64,000 nucleotides of DNA from the human T2T-CHM13v2.0 reference genome, Homo sapiens: NCBI RefSeq assembly GCF_009914755.1, contig NC_060930.1. One strand, 5' to 3'. A program made the translations under genes and the position numbers. The stretch's first letter is position 1, and each line of letters opens with the position of its first letter. Under the pieces are notes generated by a model. That model saw only the letters and a program-made list of their open reading frames with translations. It did no database searches and was not told the origin of the DNA. This document shows positions 14,450 to 28,050 of the stretch, piece by piece.

Positions 14450-14630
14450 GAGCCAGTAATTCCCCATATCTAGAAGTATGACCTTATGCAACTCTATAGA
14501 CTTCAGTTTCTACACCTGTAAAATGAGAATTTTAATAGTTCCTATTTCATAGGTTTGTTGAGGGGATTAAGTGAAATAATGCATGTAAATATTTAAGACA
14601 GTGCCTGGCACCCACTCTTCAATAACTGTG
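14450..14630 (+). mobile_element. MIR SINE
   Basis: Core cttcagtttctacacctgtaaaatgag...ttgttgaggggattaagtgaaataatgcatgtaaa...cagtgcctggcac. Confidence 0.85.
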
Positions 14631-14729
14631 AGGTCTGATTTTTATTAATTATTTCCAGTGTCATAATGGTGCTCGACACAGGTTAGGCATTAGTAAGTGT
14701 TACCGTGCATATACCAATCTAATTTTAGC

Positions 14730-14890
14730 CCTAACTTGATAGGTAACATTCTGTCTTCTTAGGCAAGTGATTTTATTCTTTTTGAACCTGTTTCTTCATC
14801 TGTAAATCAGAATAACAGTAATTTTTTGACACATTAATGGAAAGATAACATAAGGTAATCCACATGAAGAAATTTCATGAACTGTAAAAT
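14730..14890 (+). mobile_element. MIR fragment
   Basis: ggcaagtga...cctgtttcttcatctgtaaa. Confidence 0.6.
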
Positions 14891-15243
14891 TCTACTCAAC
14901 TATAAAAGATAAATGATTAATTTGCATCTAAGTTTGCTTCTTTTCAAAAGTGCCAAGATATCAACATTTTAATGGCTAAAAAAGAAATGAAAATTTTAAA
15001 ACTCTCTTTCCTCTATTGAATGCAACAGGTCTATATATCCTAAAAATAGAGACTTTTTTCTACTTTGGAATAAATAAAACTATTTTTATTTTGATTTTAA
15101 AAATGTGTCATTTAAACATTCTTATTTTTTTCCTGCATTAGCCCTCATACAAAAGTTTTGCTTATCCCTTATGAAGTCTGAGAATTTTGATCTTACTCTA
15201 AGGTTAGTCTGGGAAAACAGCAATTTTAAAATTACCAATACGA

Positions 15244-15470
15244 GGCTAGGAAATGTAGCAAGACCCTGTCTCTACAAAGTTTTTAAAAAAATTAGTCAGG
15301 CATGGTAGAATGCACCTGTGGTCCTAGCTACTCAGGAGGCTGAGGCAGGAGAATTGCTTGAGCCAGGAGTTTAAAAGCCTCAGTCAGCCATAATTGCACC
15401 ACTGCATTCCAGCCTGAACAGAATGAGACCCTGTCTCTAAAAAACATAAACAAAAAAAGAAAATAAGAAA
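15244..15470 (+). mobile_element. 5'-truncated AluJ
   Basis: End of left arm, linker and right arm with A-rich tail. Confidence 0.9.
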
Positions 15471-15528
15471 AATCTATTTAAAAAATTAACATTACAAACG
15501 AAATATTTGCATAATGTTTAAAACATTA

Positions 15529-15948
<420 letters not shown>

Positions 15949-16060
15949 TCATCATATATTCTCTTCATACACCCTCTTCCCTTCTTAACTCAAAGAGTTG
16001 CAAGGCAGGACCTGAAAGGTAGAGGGTATCTGAATGAGTCCAGGTGTTTGACCTCAGACA

Positions 16061-16357
16061 TTTTCTTTCTTTCTTTTTTCTTTTGAGACAGGGTCTTTCT
16101 CTGTTGCCCGGGCTGGAGTGTAGTGGCACAATCACAGCTCACTGTAACCTCAACCTCCTGGGCTCAAGTGATTCTCCTACATCAGCCTCCTGAGTAGCTG
16201 GGACTACAGGTGCACACCACCATGCCTGGCTACTTTCTTTTAAAAGATGGAGCCTCACTATGTTGTCTAGACTGGTGTTGAACTCCTCAGCTTAAGTGAC
16301 CTCCTACCTCAGCCCCCCAAAGTGCTGGGATTGCAGACGCGAGCCACTGTACCTAGC
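16061..16357 (-). mobile_element. AluJ
   Basis: Reverse Alu with candidate TSD ttgacctcagacatttt (16048-16064) / ttgacctcatccatttt (16358-16374). Confidence 0.95.
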
Positions 16358-16429
16358 TTGACCTCATCCATTTTCAAGCCTGGTTGTAGACCTATTCAGA
16401 GAAGCTACTTAGTGATGTGGTTTCAAGGT

Positions 16430-16923
16430 TGTGGCAGGATGCTATTGGCTTTCCCTCGCTAGCAAAACCTCCACTTTTCTCAAGTCTCAATGTGCCCAAC
16501 CCTAGAGGGTAAATCATGGTTGGTCTCTGTCAACTCCTTACTGCTAGAGATGGCAGAATTGACCAAGTTCAGGACAATGAGATGTAAGCAGAGTTTGCTG
16601 AGGGCTCTGGGAAAGAGTTTCCTCCCAGACAAAGCAGGAAAGGCCCATTAATCCAGCCCTTTGCCTTTCTTTTCTTTTCTTGAACACTGTTATATGAGAA
16701 TGTGATGCTTGGCACTTCAGCAGACCTTCAGGAAATCACGATGGGAAGAGAAGCCTGTCACAGAGACAGACTAGGTGACCTGGTAGTGCTGAGCTACTGA
16801 CCCTCACCCAGAAATGCCCACATCTAGAGTTTCTGTTATGTGAGTAATTAAGTAACATTCTTGGCTAAACTACTGTTAGGTTTTTTTTTTGTTACTTGTA
16901 AGAAAAATCACCCTAACTGATAG
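16430..16923 (+). mobile_element. MaLR LTR (MLT1K/J-like)
   Basis: caatgagatgtaagcag...ctgggaaag and 3' end ttttgttacttgt...cctaactgata. Confidence 0.7.
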
Positions 16924-17296
16924 AAGGCTCTTCCACAAAGAGTTTTACCCTCCTGCTTTTCTCTGCTCCCCTCACAACCCCATAATACCTAGTAAAATGT
17001 GGCCAAACATGATGCTACACATTTAGAACCACAGAATGTCAGAGCTGAAAGTCACGTCTCCAATTCTCAGATGATAAAATAAGAAATTTAGAAGTGATTC
17101 CTCTTGTTTGAGAGGTTGACCCTTGCCTAGTGCAAATGCCAATGGAAAAAGGAAAAGACGCATCCCCCATGTGAACTGTGGTGTGAATGACTCTCCTAAG
17201 ATTAGCCTGTCTGTGGACAGAGAACATGAGCCACTAGCAACTAGAGGTGAAGGAGGCTCTTTAAGAAGGGGGAAAGGTATAGAAAGGGAATCTGGG

Positions 17297-17450
17297 GCTG
17301 GGTGTGGTCGCTCATGCCTGTAATCTCAGCAGTTTGGGAGGGTGAGGTGGGAGGATTGCTTGAGCCTGGGAAGCAGAGGCTGCAGTGAGCTGTGATCACA
17401 CCACTGCACTCCAGCCTGGGTGACACAGAAAGACCCTGCTTCAAAAAAGG
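17297..17450 (+). mobile_element. Monomeric Alu (FAM/FRAM-like)
   Basis: Single Alu monomer; candidate TSD atctgggg(ct) before it and after the purine tract. Confidence 0.85.
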
Positions 17451-17616
17451 AAGAGAGGGAGAGGGAGAGAGAGAGAAAGAGAGAGAGAGAGAGGAAGGGA
17501 GGGAGGGAGGGAGGAAGGGAGGGAGGGAGGGAGGGAGGGAGGGAGGGAGGAAGGAAGGAAGGAAGGAAGGAAGGAAGGAAGGAAGGAAGGAGGGAAGGAA
17601 GGAAGGGAAGGAAGGA
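17451..17616 (+). repeat. Compound purine microsatellite (GA)n/(GGGA)n/(GGAA)n
   Basis: Read directly; 10 consecutive GGAA at 17549-17588. Confidence 0.97.
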
Positions 17617-18266
17617 TGGATCTGGGGCTCCATTATCAGTTTCTTCTTCATTTTTCCTAAAGCCAGATCTGAGGAAAATTTTTCCACAATAATCATGTGA
17701 AATGAAGAGTGCATATTGCCAAACTGCTTCCAGAAATGTGCAGTGAGTATTTCCTCTAGAAGGCCTGAGTGTTCCAGCCTCACCACACAAGGTTGCCAGT
17801 CCCTGCTTTGGCCTCCAGAGGGTCTGTGAATTAATGAGGGGGAGGCCACTAGGTTTATAAAACTTCATGGGAGAGAATTTTAAAGAAACAAAGAACTAAA
17901 ATAATAATATTAGGAGTATCAGAGACTAATTTCAAAAGTTTCAAGTATTTTCTGAACTTCTGTCAACCCAATTCTTCTATGTCCACGTAGATGCAATCTG
18001 ACTTCCGTTCATTTTAGTTTCTGGTTTACCAGTTTTTCTTGGAATTTTGAAAATTCCTTCTCCTGTTTTTCCCCTCAAACTTTTATAAAAGCCAAGATTA
18101 TTTTGATCAGAGAGACTATATTCTTTTAACTTAATTATAAGAGCAATACATGTTTACATTCATGTCTGTCTGCTACATTGCATATCCCTAACTCTACTTA
18201 GAAAGTGCATAAAACTTAGTAGATGCTCAATAAATATTTGTGAAATGAACATATGAAGGAATGTAA

Positions 18267-18713
<447 letters not shown>

Positions 18714-19610
18714 CCTTCTCTATATATTTTAAGTTGTCCATTTTCTTTCCTGTAAAGGAGAAGATTCTCATTGTTGTTGTTTCCTGAAAATGTATTTTTT
18801 GTGGAAAATTTCAATTGCATTATTCTCTACTATAACAAGGGGCAGATGGCATGTAAACTGCTTCCACATATGTACGTGTGTGATAAAAACAAACCTAAGT
18901 GCTCTAATTCCCACTACAAGTTTCTCTACTCTGCTATAGAAGACAGTCTAAGACATTTAATAGAGTTTTATAATTTAACCACAATGACTTAAAAAGCTGA
19001 TGTAACCAAAGTAAGTAAATAAAAAACATACCCCTTTATTTGCTATAACATGTGGTGAATGTAAGATGTGATATATTTTCTTTGCTCATTAGAAGAATGA
19101 TTTATGGACTGATTTCCCAAGCATTCTCAAGGTCTATTGGAATTGTGCATGCATCTTGGGATGTAAATGAGGGGGCTGTCAATGAAACTTCCTGGAAATG
19201 TCCTCATTAGCAATATAATTTAGCAAATGTGATATTGATGTTCCTGCACTGACCCAGGTTGGACACACATGCCATTTCAGTAAGTTATCGGCAGAACTTC
19301 TGCTGTGATCAGAGCTGGATGGTTTACACAGAAACACTGGGGGAAAATAATTCAGATAGAATTGAGTTTTAAGTTTCATTGGGCAGACCATTATGAAATT
19401 TTATTTCCACTGTCAATAAGGAGCCACAAAGAGATGCCACAGGACTTGAGTTAAAATTGCTCTGTATTTCTGGTCATGGATGCCCACATTATTTGTATAC
19501 TGATTTGTCCTTAACCTTGGCAAAACTGACCTTGGGAAAAAACAGGAAAACAAAGACATTTGACTTAAGTTCCACTTTTCCCATTTAGCTGTTCATTCAA
19601 CCAATATGTA

Positions 19611-22600
19611 CTCTGTCTGTGGAAAGGGGAAAGAAGAGCAGGAGGGACTTTGTATTGTGGTTTGAGTGCCGGATTAGCTGCAGTAGAATAGAATATCAGG
19701 TACATTGCTAAGGTTTTTTACTCTAATCCCTAGCTCCCTGGACATGTCCAGGGTCTGGAGAAACTCACTGCCATGAAGGGAAGGGCCTTGGATCAGACCC
19801 AGTGCTATGCTGGCTTCAGGTCCCAGTGGTGGCCACAGAGGTGCTTGCATCATCACATCCCTAGTTCCAGGTGGCTGAGCACAGAGACAGATTCCATTTC
19901 TTTGGGAGAAAGTAAGGGAAAAGAACAAGAGCCTCTGCCTGGTAATCCAGAGAATTCCTCCGAATTTTGTCCAAGACCACCAAAGCATCACCATGAGCTG
20001 ACAGAAGAGCCCATGGGCTTTAAGTGAACATTGGTGGCGGCCTGACGGAGCCCCTCTGTGGACCAGTGGTGGTGGTGGCCACAGAGAAAGGCTCCTCTAC
20101 TTATGGAAAGGGGAGAGAAGACTACAAGTCTGCAAAAACCACAACACTATTTGGCATGGGGCCCAAGTGCTTCAAATACCTGGAAAGCCTTCCCAAGAAG
20201 GACAGGTACAAAGAAGCCCAGACTGTGAAGACTGTAGTACATACATAACTCTTCAATGCTGAGACACTGATGAACATCTGTAAGCATCAACACCATCCAG
20301 GAAACATGGCCTCACAAAATGAGGCACTAAGGACCAATTCTTCAGAACTAAATGAGGCACTAAGGACCAATTCTTCAGAAACAGAGATCTATGACCTTTC
20401 AGACAGAGAATTCAAAATAGCTGTTTTGAGGAAACTCAAATAAATTTAAGATAACACAAAGAAGGAATTCAGAATTCTATCTGATAAATTTAACAGAAAT
20501 TGAAATAATGAAAAAGAATCAAGCAGAAATTCTGGAGTTGAAAAAATGCAACTGACATGCTGAGGAATACATCAAAGTTGCTTAATAGCAGAACTGATCA
20601 AGCAGAAGAAAGAATTAGTGAGTTTGAAGACAGGCTATTTTTGAAAATACAGTCAGAGGAGACAAGATAAAAAAGAATAAAAAATAATGAAGCATGCCTA
20701 CAACATCTAGAACATAGCCTCAAAAAGGCAAATCTAAGAGTTATTGGCCTTAAAGAGGTAGAAAAAGAGATAGGGATGGAAAGTTTATTCAAAAGAATAA
20801 TATCAGAGAATTTCCAAAGCTAGAGAAAGATGTCAGCATTCAAGTACAAGAAAGTTATAAAATGCCAAGCAGAGTTAACCCAAAAGAAGACTATCGAGGC
20901 ATCTACTACTCAGACTCCCAAAGGTCAAGGATAAAGAAAGGATCCAAAAAACAGCAAGAGAAAATGAACACATAACACACAACAGAGCTTAATACCTCTG
21001 GCTGGAGACTTTTCAGTGGAAATCTAAAAAGAGCCAGGAGACAGTGGCATGACATATTTGAAGTTCTGAAGGAAAAAAAATCACCCTAGAACAGTATATT
21101 CAGTATAAATACCCTTCAAGCATGAGGGAGAAATAAAGACCTTCCAAGACAAACAAAAGCTGAGGGATTTTATCAATATCAGAGATGTCCTACAAGAAAT
21201 GCTAAAGAGAATTCTTCAGTCTGAAAGAAAAGGATGTTAATAAACAAGAAGAAATCATTTGAAGGTATAAAATTCACTGGTCATAGTAAGCACAGGGAAA
21301 ACATAAGATAGTATAACACTGTAATGGTGGTGTGCAAATTACTCTTGACTTCACTAGAAAGACTAAATGATGAACCAATCAAAAATAATAACTACCACCT
21401 TTCAAGACATAAACAGTAAAATAAGACATAAACAAAAAAAGCTAAAAACTAGGGGGACTAAGTTAAAGTTATTAGTTTTCCTTTTGAGTGTTTATTTGCA
21501 GAATCAATGTTAACTTGTCATCAACTTAAAATAATGGGTTATAAGATAGTATTTGCAATCCCCACAGTAACTTCAAATTGAACAACATACAACAAATACA
21601 CAAAAAATAAAAAGTAAGAAATTATACCACCAGAGAAAATCACCTTCACTAAAAGGAAGACAGGATGAAATGAAAGAAGAGAAGACCACAAAACAACCAG
21701 AAAACAAATAACAAAATGGCAGGAGTAAGTCCTTACTTATCAATAACAACATTGAATGTAAATGGACTAAACTCTTCAATAAAAAAAAGAGTGGCTGAAT
21801 GGATGAAAAAACAAGACCCCCATGATCTGTTGCTGACAAGAAACACACTTTGCCTTATAAAAATACACAGAGACTGAAAATGAAGGGATGAAAAATGATA
21901 TTCTATGCCAATGGAAACCAAAAAAGAGGAGTAGCTGTACTGCAGTGTATCAGACAAAACAGATTTCAAGACAAAAACTGTAAGAAGAGACAAGGAAGGT
22001 TATTATATAATGATAAAAGTGTCAATCAAGAGGATATAATGATTGTAAGTATATATGCCCCCAACACTGGAACACTCAGATATATAAAGCAAATATTATT
22101 AGAGCTAGAGAAATAGACCTCCAACAAAATAATAGCTGGAGACTTCAACACTCCATTTTCAGCATTGGTCAGATATCCCAGACAGAAAATTAACAAAGAA
22201 ACACTGGACTTAATCTGCACTATAGAATAAATGGACCTCATAGATATTTACATAACATTTTATCCAAAGGCTGCAGAATACACATTCTTCTCCCCAGCTC
22301 ATGGATAATTCTCAATGATAGGCCATATATTAGGTTGGAAAACAAATGTTAAAACATTCAAAAAATTTGAAATAATATCAAGCGTTTTCTCTGACCACAT
22401 GGAATAAAACTAGAAATAACTAACAAGAGGAATTTTGGAAACTATACAAACACGTGGAAATTAAACAACATGCTCCTGAGTGACCAGTGAGTCAATGAAG
22501 AAATTAAAAAGGAAATTGAAAAAAAATCTTGAAACAAATGATAATGGAAACACAACATACCAAAACCTATGGGATATAGTGAAAGGAGTACTATAAGAAG

Positions 22601-25600
22601 AGACAAAGAGGGAAATTTACAGCTATAACTGCCTATATCAAAAAAGAGAAAAAAATCAAATAAATTCCAAACAATGCATCTTAAAGAACTAGAAAAGCAA
22701 GAACAGGTTGAACTCCAAATCAGTAGAATAAAATACAAACGATCAGTGAAACAAAAAGTGTGTTATTTTTAAAAAGATAAAGTTGACAATCTTAAACCAG
22801 ACCAATGAAGAAATAAAGGGATAAGACCCAAATAAATAAAATCAGAGATGAAAAAGGAGACATTACAACTGATACCAGAGAAATTCAAAGGATCATTAGT
22901 GGCTACTATGAGCAACTATAGGCCAATAAATTGGAAAATGTAGAGGAAATGGATAAATCCCTAGACACATAAAATATACCAAGATTGAACCATGAAGAAA
23001 TAGAAAACCTGAGCATACCAGTAACAAGATTGAAACCATAATGAAAAGTCTCCCAGTAAGGAAAAGCCCAGGGCCTGATGGATTCACTGCTGAATTCTAC
23101 TAAACATTTAAAGAAAAACTAATACTAATCCCACTCAAACTCTTCTGAAAAATAGAGAAAAAGGGAATACTTACAAGCTCATTCCATAGGCCAATATTAC
23201 TCTGATACTAAAACCAGACAAAGACACATTAAAAAAAAGAAAACTACAGGCCAATATCTCCAAGGAATATTGATGCAAAAATCCTCAACAAAATACTAGC
23301 AAACTGAATTAAACAATACATTAAGATCATCCATCATGACCAAGTGGAATTTATACCAGGCATTCAAGCATGGTTCAACATATACAAATCAATCAATGTA
23401 ATACATCATATCAACAGAATGATGTATTACAGAATAAAATCCACATTATTGTTTCAATTGATGCTGAAAATCATTTGATAAAGTTCAGCATCCCTTAATA
23501 ATCAAAACCCTCAAAAACTGAGTATAGAAGGAACATACCTCAACATAATAAAAGCCGTATATGATAGACCCACAGCAAGTATCATACTGAATAGAGAAAA
23601 ACTGAAAGCCTTTCCTCTAAGATCTGGAACATGAAAAGAATGCCCACTTTCACCACTGTTTTCAACGTACTACTGGAAGTCCTAGCAATCTAATAAGAGA
23701 AAGAAATAAAGGGCATCCAAATTGGAAAGAAAGAAGGCAAATTATCCTTATTTGCAGATGACATGATCTTATGTTCCGAAAAATCTAGACTCCCTACCAA
23801 AAAACTATTAGAACTGACAAGCAAATTCAGTCAAGTTGCATGATACAAAATCAACACACTAAAATCAGTAACATTTCTATATGCCAACAGTGAACAATCT
23901 AAAAAATAAATCAAAGATGTAATCCCATTTACAATAGCTACAAATAAAATAAAATGCCTACAAATTAACTAAACCAAAAAAGTGAAAGATCTCTATAATG
24001 ATAACTATGAGAAATTGACTCAAGAAATTAAAGAAGACACAAAAAATAGAAAGAGACTCCATGTTCATGGATTGGAAGAATGAATATTGTTAAAAGTTCA
24101 TACTATACAAAGCAATCTACAGATTTAATGCAATCTATTTAAATGCCAATGACATTCTTCATGGAAATAGAAAAAATAATTCTAAAATTTATACAGAATT
24201 ACAAAAGACTCAGAATACTCAAAACTATCCTGAGCAAAAAGAGCAAAACTGAGGAATCACATTACCTGACTTCAAGTTACACCACAGAGCTATAGTCACC
24301 AAAACAGTATGGTACTGGCATAAAAACAGACACATAGAACAATGCAACAGTATAGAGAACCCAGAAAGAAATCCATACACCTACAGTGAACTCATTTTTG
24401 ACAAAGGTACCAAGAACATACATTGGGGAAAACACAGTCTCTTCAATAAATTGGGAAAACTAAATATCTCTGCAGAAGAATGAAACTTGACCCCAATTTC
24501 TTCAATAAATAGTCTTTTCAATAAACGGTGCTGGGTGTATTAGTCAGTTTTTGTATTGCTATACAGAACTACCTGAGACTGGGTATTTAATAAAGCAAAG
24601 AGCTTTAATTGACTTACAGTTCCACAGGCTGTCCAGAAATCATGGTTGGGGAGGCCTCAGGAAACTTACAATCATGGTGGAAGGTGAATGGGAAGAAGAC
24701 ACATCTTACATGGCCAGAGAAGGAGGAAGAGAGAGAAAAGAGGAAAGTGCTACACACTTAAACAACCAGACTGTGTGAGAATTCACTATCACAAGAATTG
24801 CAAGGGGTAAGTCTGCCCCTATGATTCAGTCACCTCCCATCAGGCCCCTCCTCCAACACTGGGAATTACAATTCGACATGAGATTTGGGTGGGGACGCTG
24901 AGCCAAACCATATCACTGGGGAGACTAGAAGATATCCATATGCAGAAGAAAGAAACTAGACCCCTATCTCTTGCCATGTACAAAAATCAAATAAAAATAG
25001 ATTAAAGACTTAACCCTAAGTCCTCAAACTATGAAACTACTATAGGAAAACATTTGGGAAACTCTCCAGGGCATTGCCCTGGGCAAAAATTTCTTCAGCA
25101 ATACCCCACAAGCACAGGCAACCAAAGCAAAAATGGACAGATGGGGTCACATCAAGTTAAAAAGCCTCCTGCACAAGAAATGAAAAAATCAACAAAGTGA
25201 AGAGACAACCCGCAGAATGGAGGAAAATACTTGCAAACTACCCATACGACAAGGATTAATAACCAGAATATATAAGAAGCTCAAACAACTCTACAGAGAA
25301 AAATCTAATAATCTGATCAGAAAATAGGCAAAAGATTTTAATACACATTTCTTAAAAGAAGACATATAAATGTCAAACAGGCATATGAAAAGGTGTTCAA
25401 CATCACAGATCATCAGATAAATGCAAATCAAAACTACAATGTGATATCATTTCAGCCCAGTTAAAATGGATTTTATCCAAAAGTCAGGCAATAACAAATG
25501 CTGGTGAGGATGTGGAGAAACAGGAACTCTCGTACACAGTTGGTCATACGAACTAGTACAACCACGATAGAGAATAGTTTGGAGGTTCCTCACAAAAACT

Positions 25601-26271
25601 AAAAATAGAGCTACCATACCATCTGGCAATCCCACTGCTCTATATGTACTCAAAGGAAATGAAATCATTATATCAAAAAGATATCTGCACTCCCATATTT
25701 GTTGCAGCACTGTTCACAATAGCCAAGATTTTGAAGCAACCTAAGTTTCCAACAACAGATTAACCTATAAAGAAAATGTGGTACTTATCCACAATGGAGT
25801 ACTATTCAGCCATAAAAAAGAATGAGATTCTACCATTTGCAACAACATAGATTGAACTAGAGGTCATTATGTTAAATAAAATAAGCCAGGAACAGAAAGA
25901 CAACCATTGCGTGTTCTCACTTATTTGGGGGATGTAAAAATTAAAACAATTGAACTCATGGAGATAGAGAATAGAAGGATGGTTACCAGAGGCTGAGAAG
26001 GGTAGTCATGGAGTGGCAGGGAGGTGAGGATGGTTAATGGGTTAAAAACAATACAAAGAATAGATAAGACATAGTATTTGATAGCACAACAGCAGGACTA
26101 TAGTCAATAATAATTTAATTGTACGTTTAACACAAAGGATAAATGCTTGATGGGGTGGATATCCAATATTCCATAACGTGCTTATTTCACATTGCATGCC
26201 TGTACCAAAATATCTCATGTACCTCAAAAACATATACACCTACAGAAGTTAAAAATTTAAAAAAATTTTAA
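19611..26271 (+). mobile_element. Long decayed L1 (L1MA2-like), partial and rearranged 5'UTR, ORF1/ORF2 broken
   Basis: L1M1-type 5'UTR, ORF1, ORF2 motifs (IYAPN at ~22050; KSPGPDGF at ~23060; LFADDMI at ~23750) and 3'UTR gcttatttcacattgcatgcctgt. Confidence 0.93.
24536..24915 (-). mobile_element. MaLR solo LTR (THE1D/MSTA-like) inserted in L1
   Basis: tgtattagtc ... ccaaaccatatca with perfect 5-bp TSD ctggg (24531-24535, 24916-24920). Confidence 0.93.
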
Positions 26272-28000
26272 AAGACTAATTTAGATGATTATATAACTGA
26301 CCTGAAATAGAGGAGTTTTATGGATGCTGAGCTAGATATGACCCAAGATATTGTGAGCAAAGACAGTATATGTGGAGAATCAAGCACAGTAAAATGTTTC
26401 CAAGACTATTTTTGCAATTTTTCAGTCTGTAAGGACCAGAGAAGAAGGGTATATACTTGTACAGTCACCGACTGAAATGCAGCACCCGTGGATCCCATGT
26501 TATATTATACCAAAAAACCTATCCCAGCTGCACACAACAGACATGACCAGGGTAGATTCAAAGGAAAAGAAACAAGGCTTGAAACTCAACACTGCAGCAC
26601 TTAGCATGGTAGGGCACAGAAATCTCTAACAGAGGGTGCATCTGTCTATAAGACATAGACCCCTGCAGGATAGCCAGTACTGAGATCAGTTTCCCAAGCA
26701 GGACTTTCCCTAAACCAGAAGAAACAATCTCAAACACCCATTATCGTAAGTCCAGCAGATACTACCTCTTTAATAACCATGTTTAATGCAAAGGACTTTC
26801 TACAGAATCTGAGATTTGGCCCATCAGATGAAGAGCAGAAACTAGGCTGCCAATGAAATGAAAATAAAATGAAACTATAATTCAGAGAAGATAAGCACAG
26901 ATGCAGCCAGAGGGCACTACAGTTAGTTGTCACCATTTCTTACAGAGTAGTAGACCAGTACCTTAAGTATATAAGTGTATGACTGAGGCTGGGAAGTGGT
27001 GGGACCAGGTTTTGCAGTTTTTGTACAGTTTTGAATTGTGCACTAGTTTGAAACTTTGCCATAACTTTTGCTTGATGGTTGACATATTTGCTAAAATTAA
27101 AGACTTTCATACCAAATGTGATGAAATTTTTCTAGAACAAAATGTTCAGAATCAGATGGAACAGGATTAGAACTCAGCTATCACAAATCTCATTTGCATA
27201 GACCAGTTTGCTTACAGTTCTTTTTCTTTAATTTGGATTAAGAAACATGGGTATACCTTGATCTAAAGGCTGAAACTCAAGATTTAGGAATTTACCAGAA
27301 CATACAAATGAAAAAGATCACAGACTGATCTTTTATAAGACATTATTTGATGCTTTGTGTTTCAAAGGGATAATGACTCTTATCTGTGTAAGCAAACTTA
27401 CTGGCTTACAATTGTATTTTAATATTTACCTTCTAGTTTGTAATGGAGAATGTATATTTTTTGAAAGTTTTTTCCCCATTGGTTAAATTAGCATTACTTA
27501 AAATTTATTTCTTTTGAAAATAAATACAGGGTAGAAATTTGTGTATATTTAGAGGGTATACGTCTCTCTAAGCCCCCTCGCTTCTGATTTTTCATTGCTT
27601 TCTAGTTCCTTTTACTGAAAATACTATGTTGTCAATGGTAACAAACTTTAGTCTCTGAAACTTCCAAAACCAAGCAAAGGAATCTTAATGAATTAAAATG
27701 TCAGCCTGCGTGTATATTTTACCTACACTTTAATCAAGAACAAGTCTTTGGCAGTAGAAGAAATACTCGGCCTTCCTAAGACTTATTTACTTATAATGAA
27801 TACATTTAATGAATGTGCATTCTTCTCATTGATTTCTGACCATAATACCTTTTAATTGAAAATCTCAATACACAAATTAAAACTGAATAGGCTGTAGTAT
27901 TTTTTATTTTGGGAGTCAGTGTATGATTTGGGAGAGGGAATATGTATCAGCTCCAATAGAGTGTAACCTTTAACTTTCTGGTCTTTTCTCATAAGTTCAT
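26272..28000 (+). pseudogene. CDC73: Processed pseudogene of CDC73 (parafibromin, PAF1 complex); 5'-truncated, disabled, includes 3'UTR
   Basis: From 26272 reads KTNLDDYITDLK*RSFMDAELDMTQDIVSK (recalled CDC73: [30 protein letters not shown]). From 26734 reads [33 protein letters not shown] ([33 protein letters not shown]). At ~27078 reads [24 protein letters not shown] ([24 protein letters not shown]). Blocks are collinear without introns, with stops and frameshifts. The following AT-rich sequence resembles the recalled CDC73 3'UTR. The symbol is that of the parent gene. Confidence 0.92.
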
Positions 28001-28050
28001 TATGGCATTTTGAGCAATGTGATCCCATATTGACCATGTTACTAAGCCCC

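Noticed and set aside
17241-17868. Longest ORFs (202 and 180 aa) with PSFL/PPSL repeats
   Set aside because: They are translations of the purine microsatellite plus antisense Alu; not genes.
26979-27170. 63-aa ORF with a real CDC73-like peptide as a functional CDS
   Set aside because: Lies within a pseudogene with stops and frameshifts; only ~25 residues are in the parental frame.
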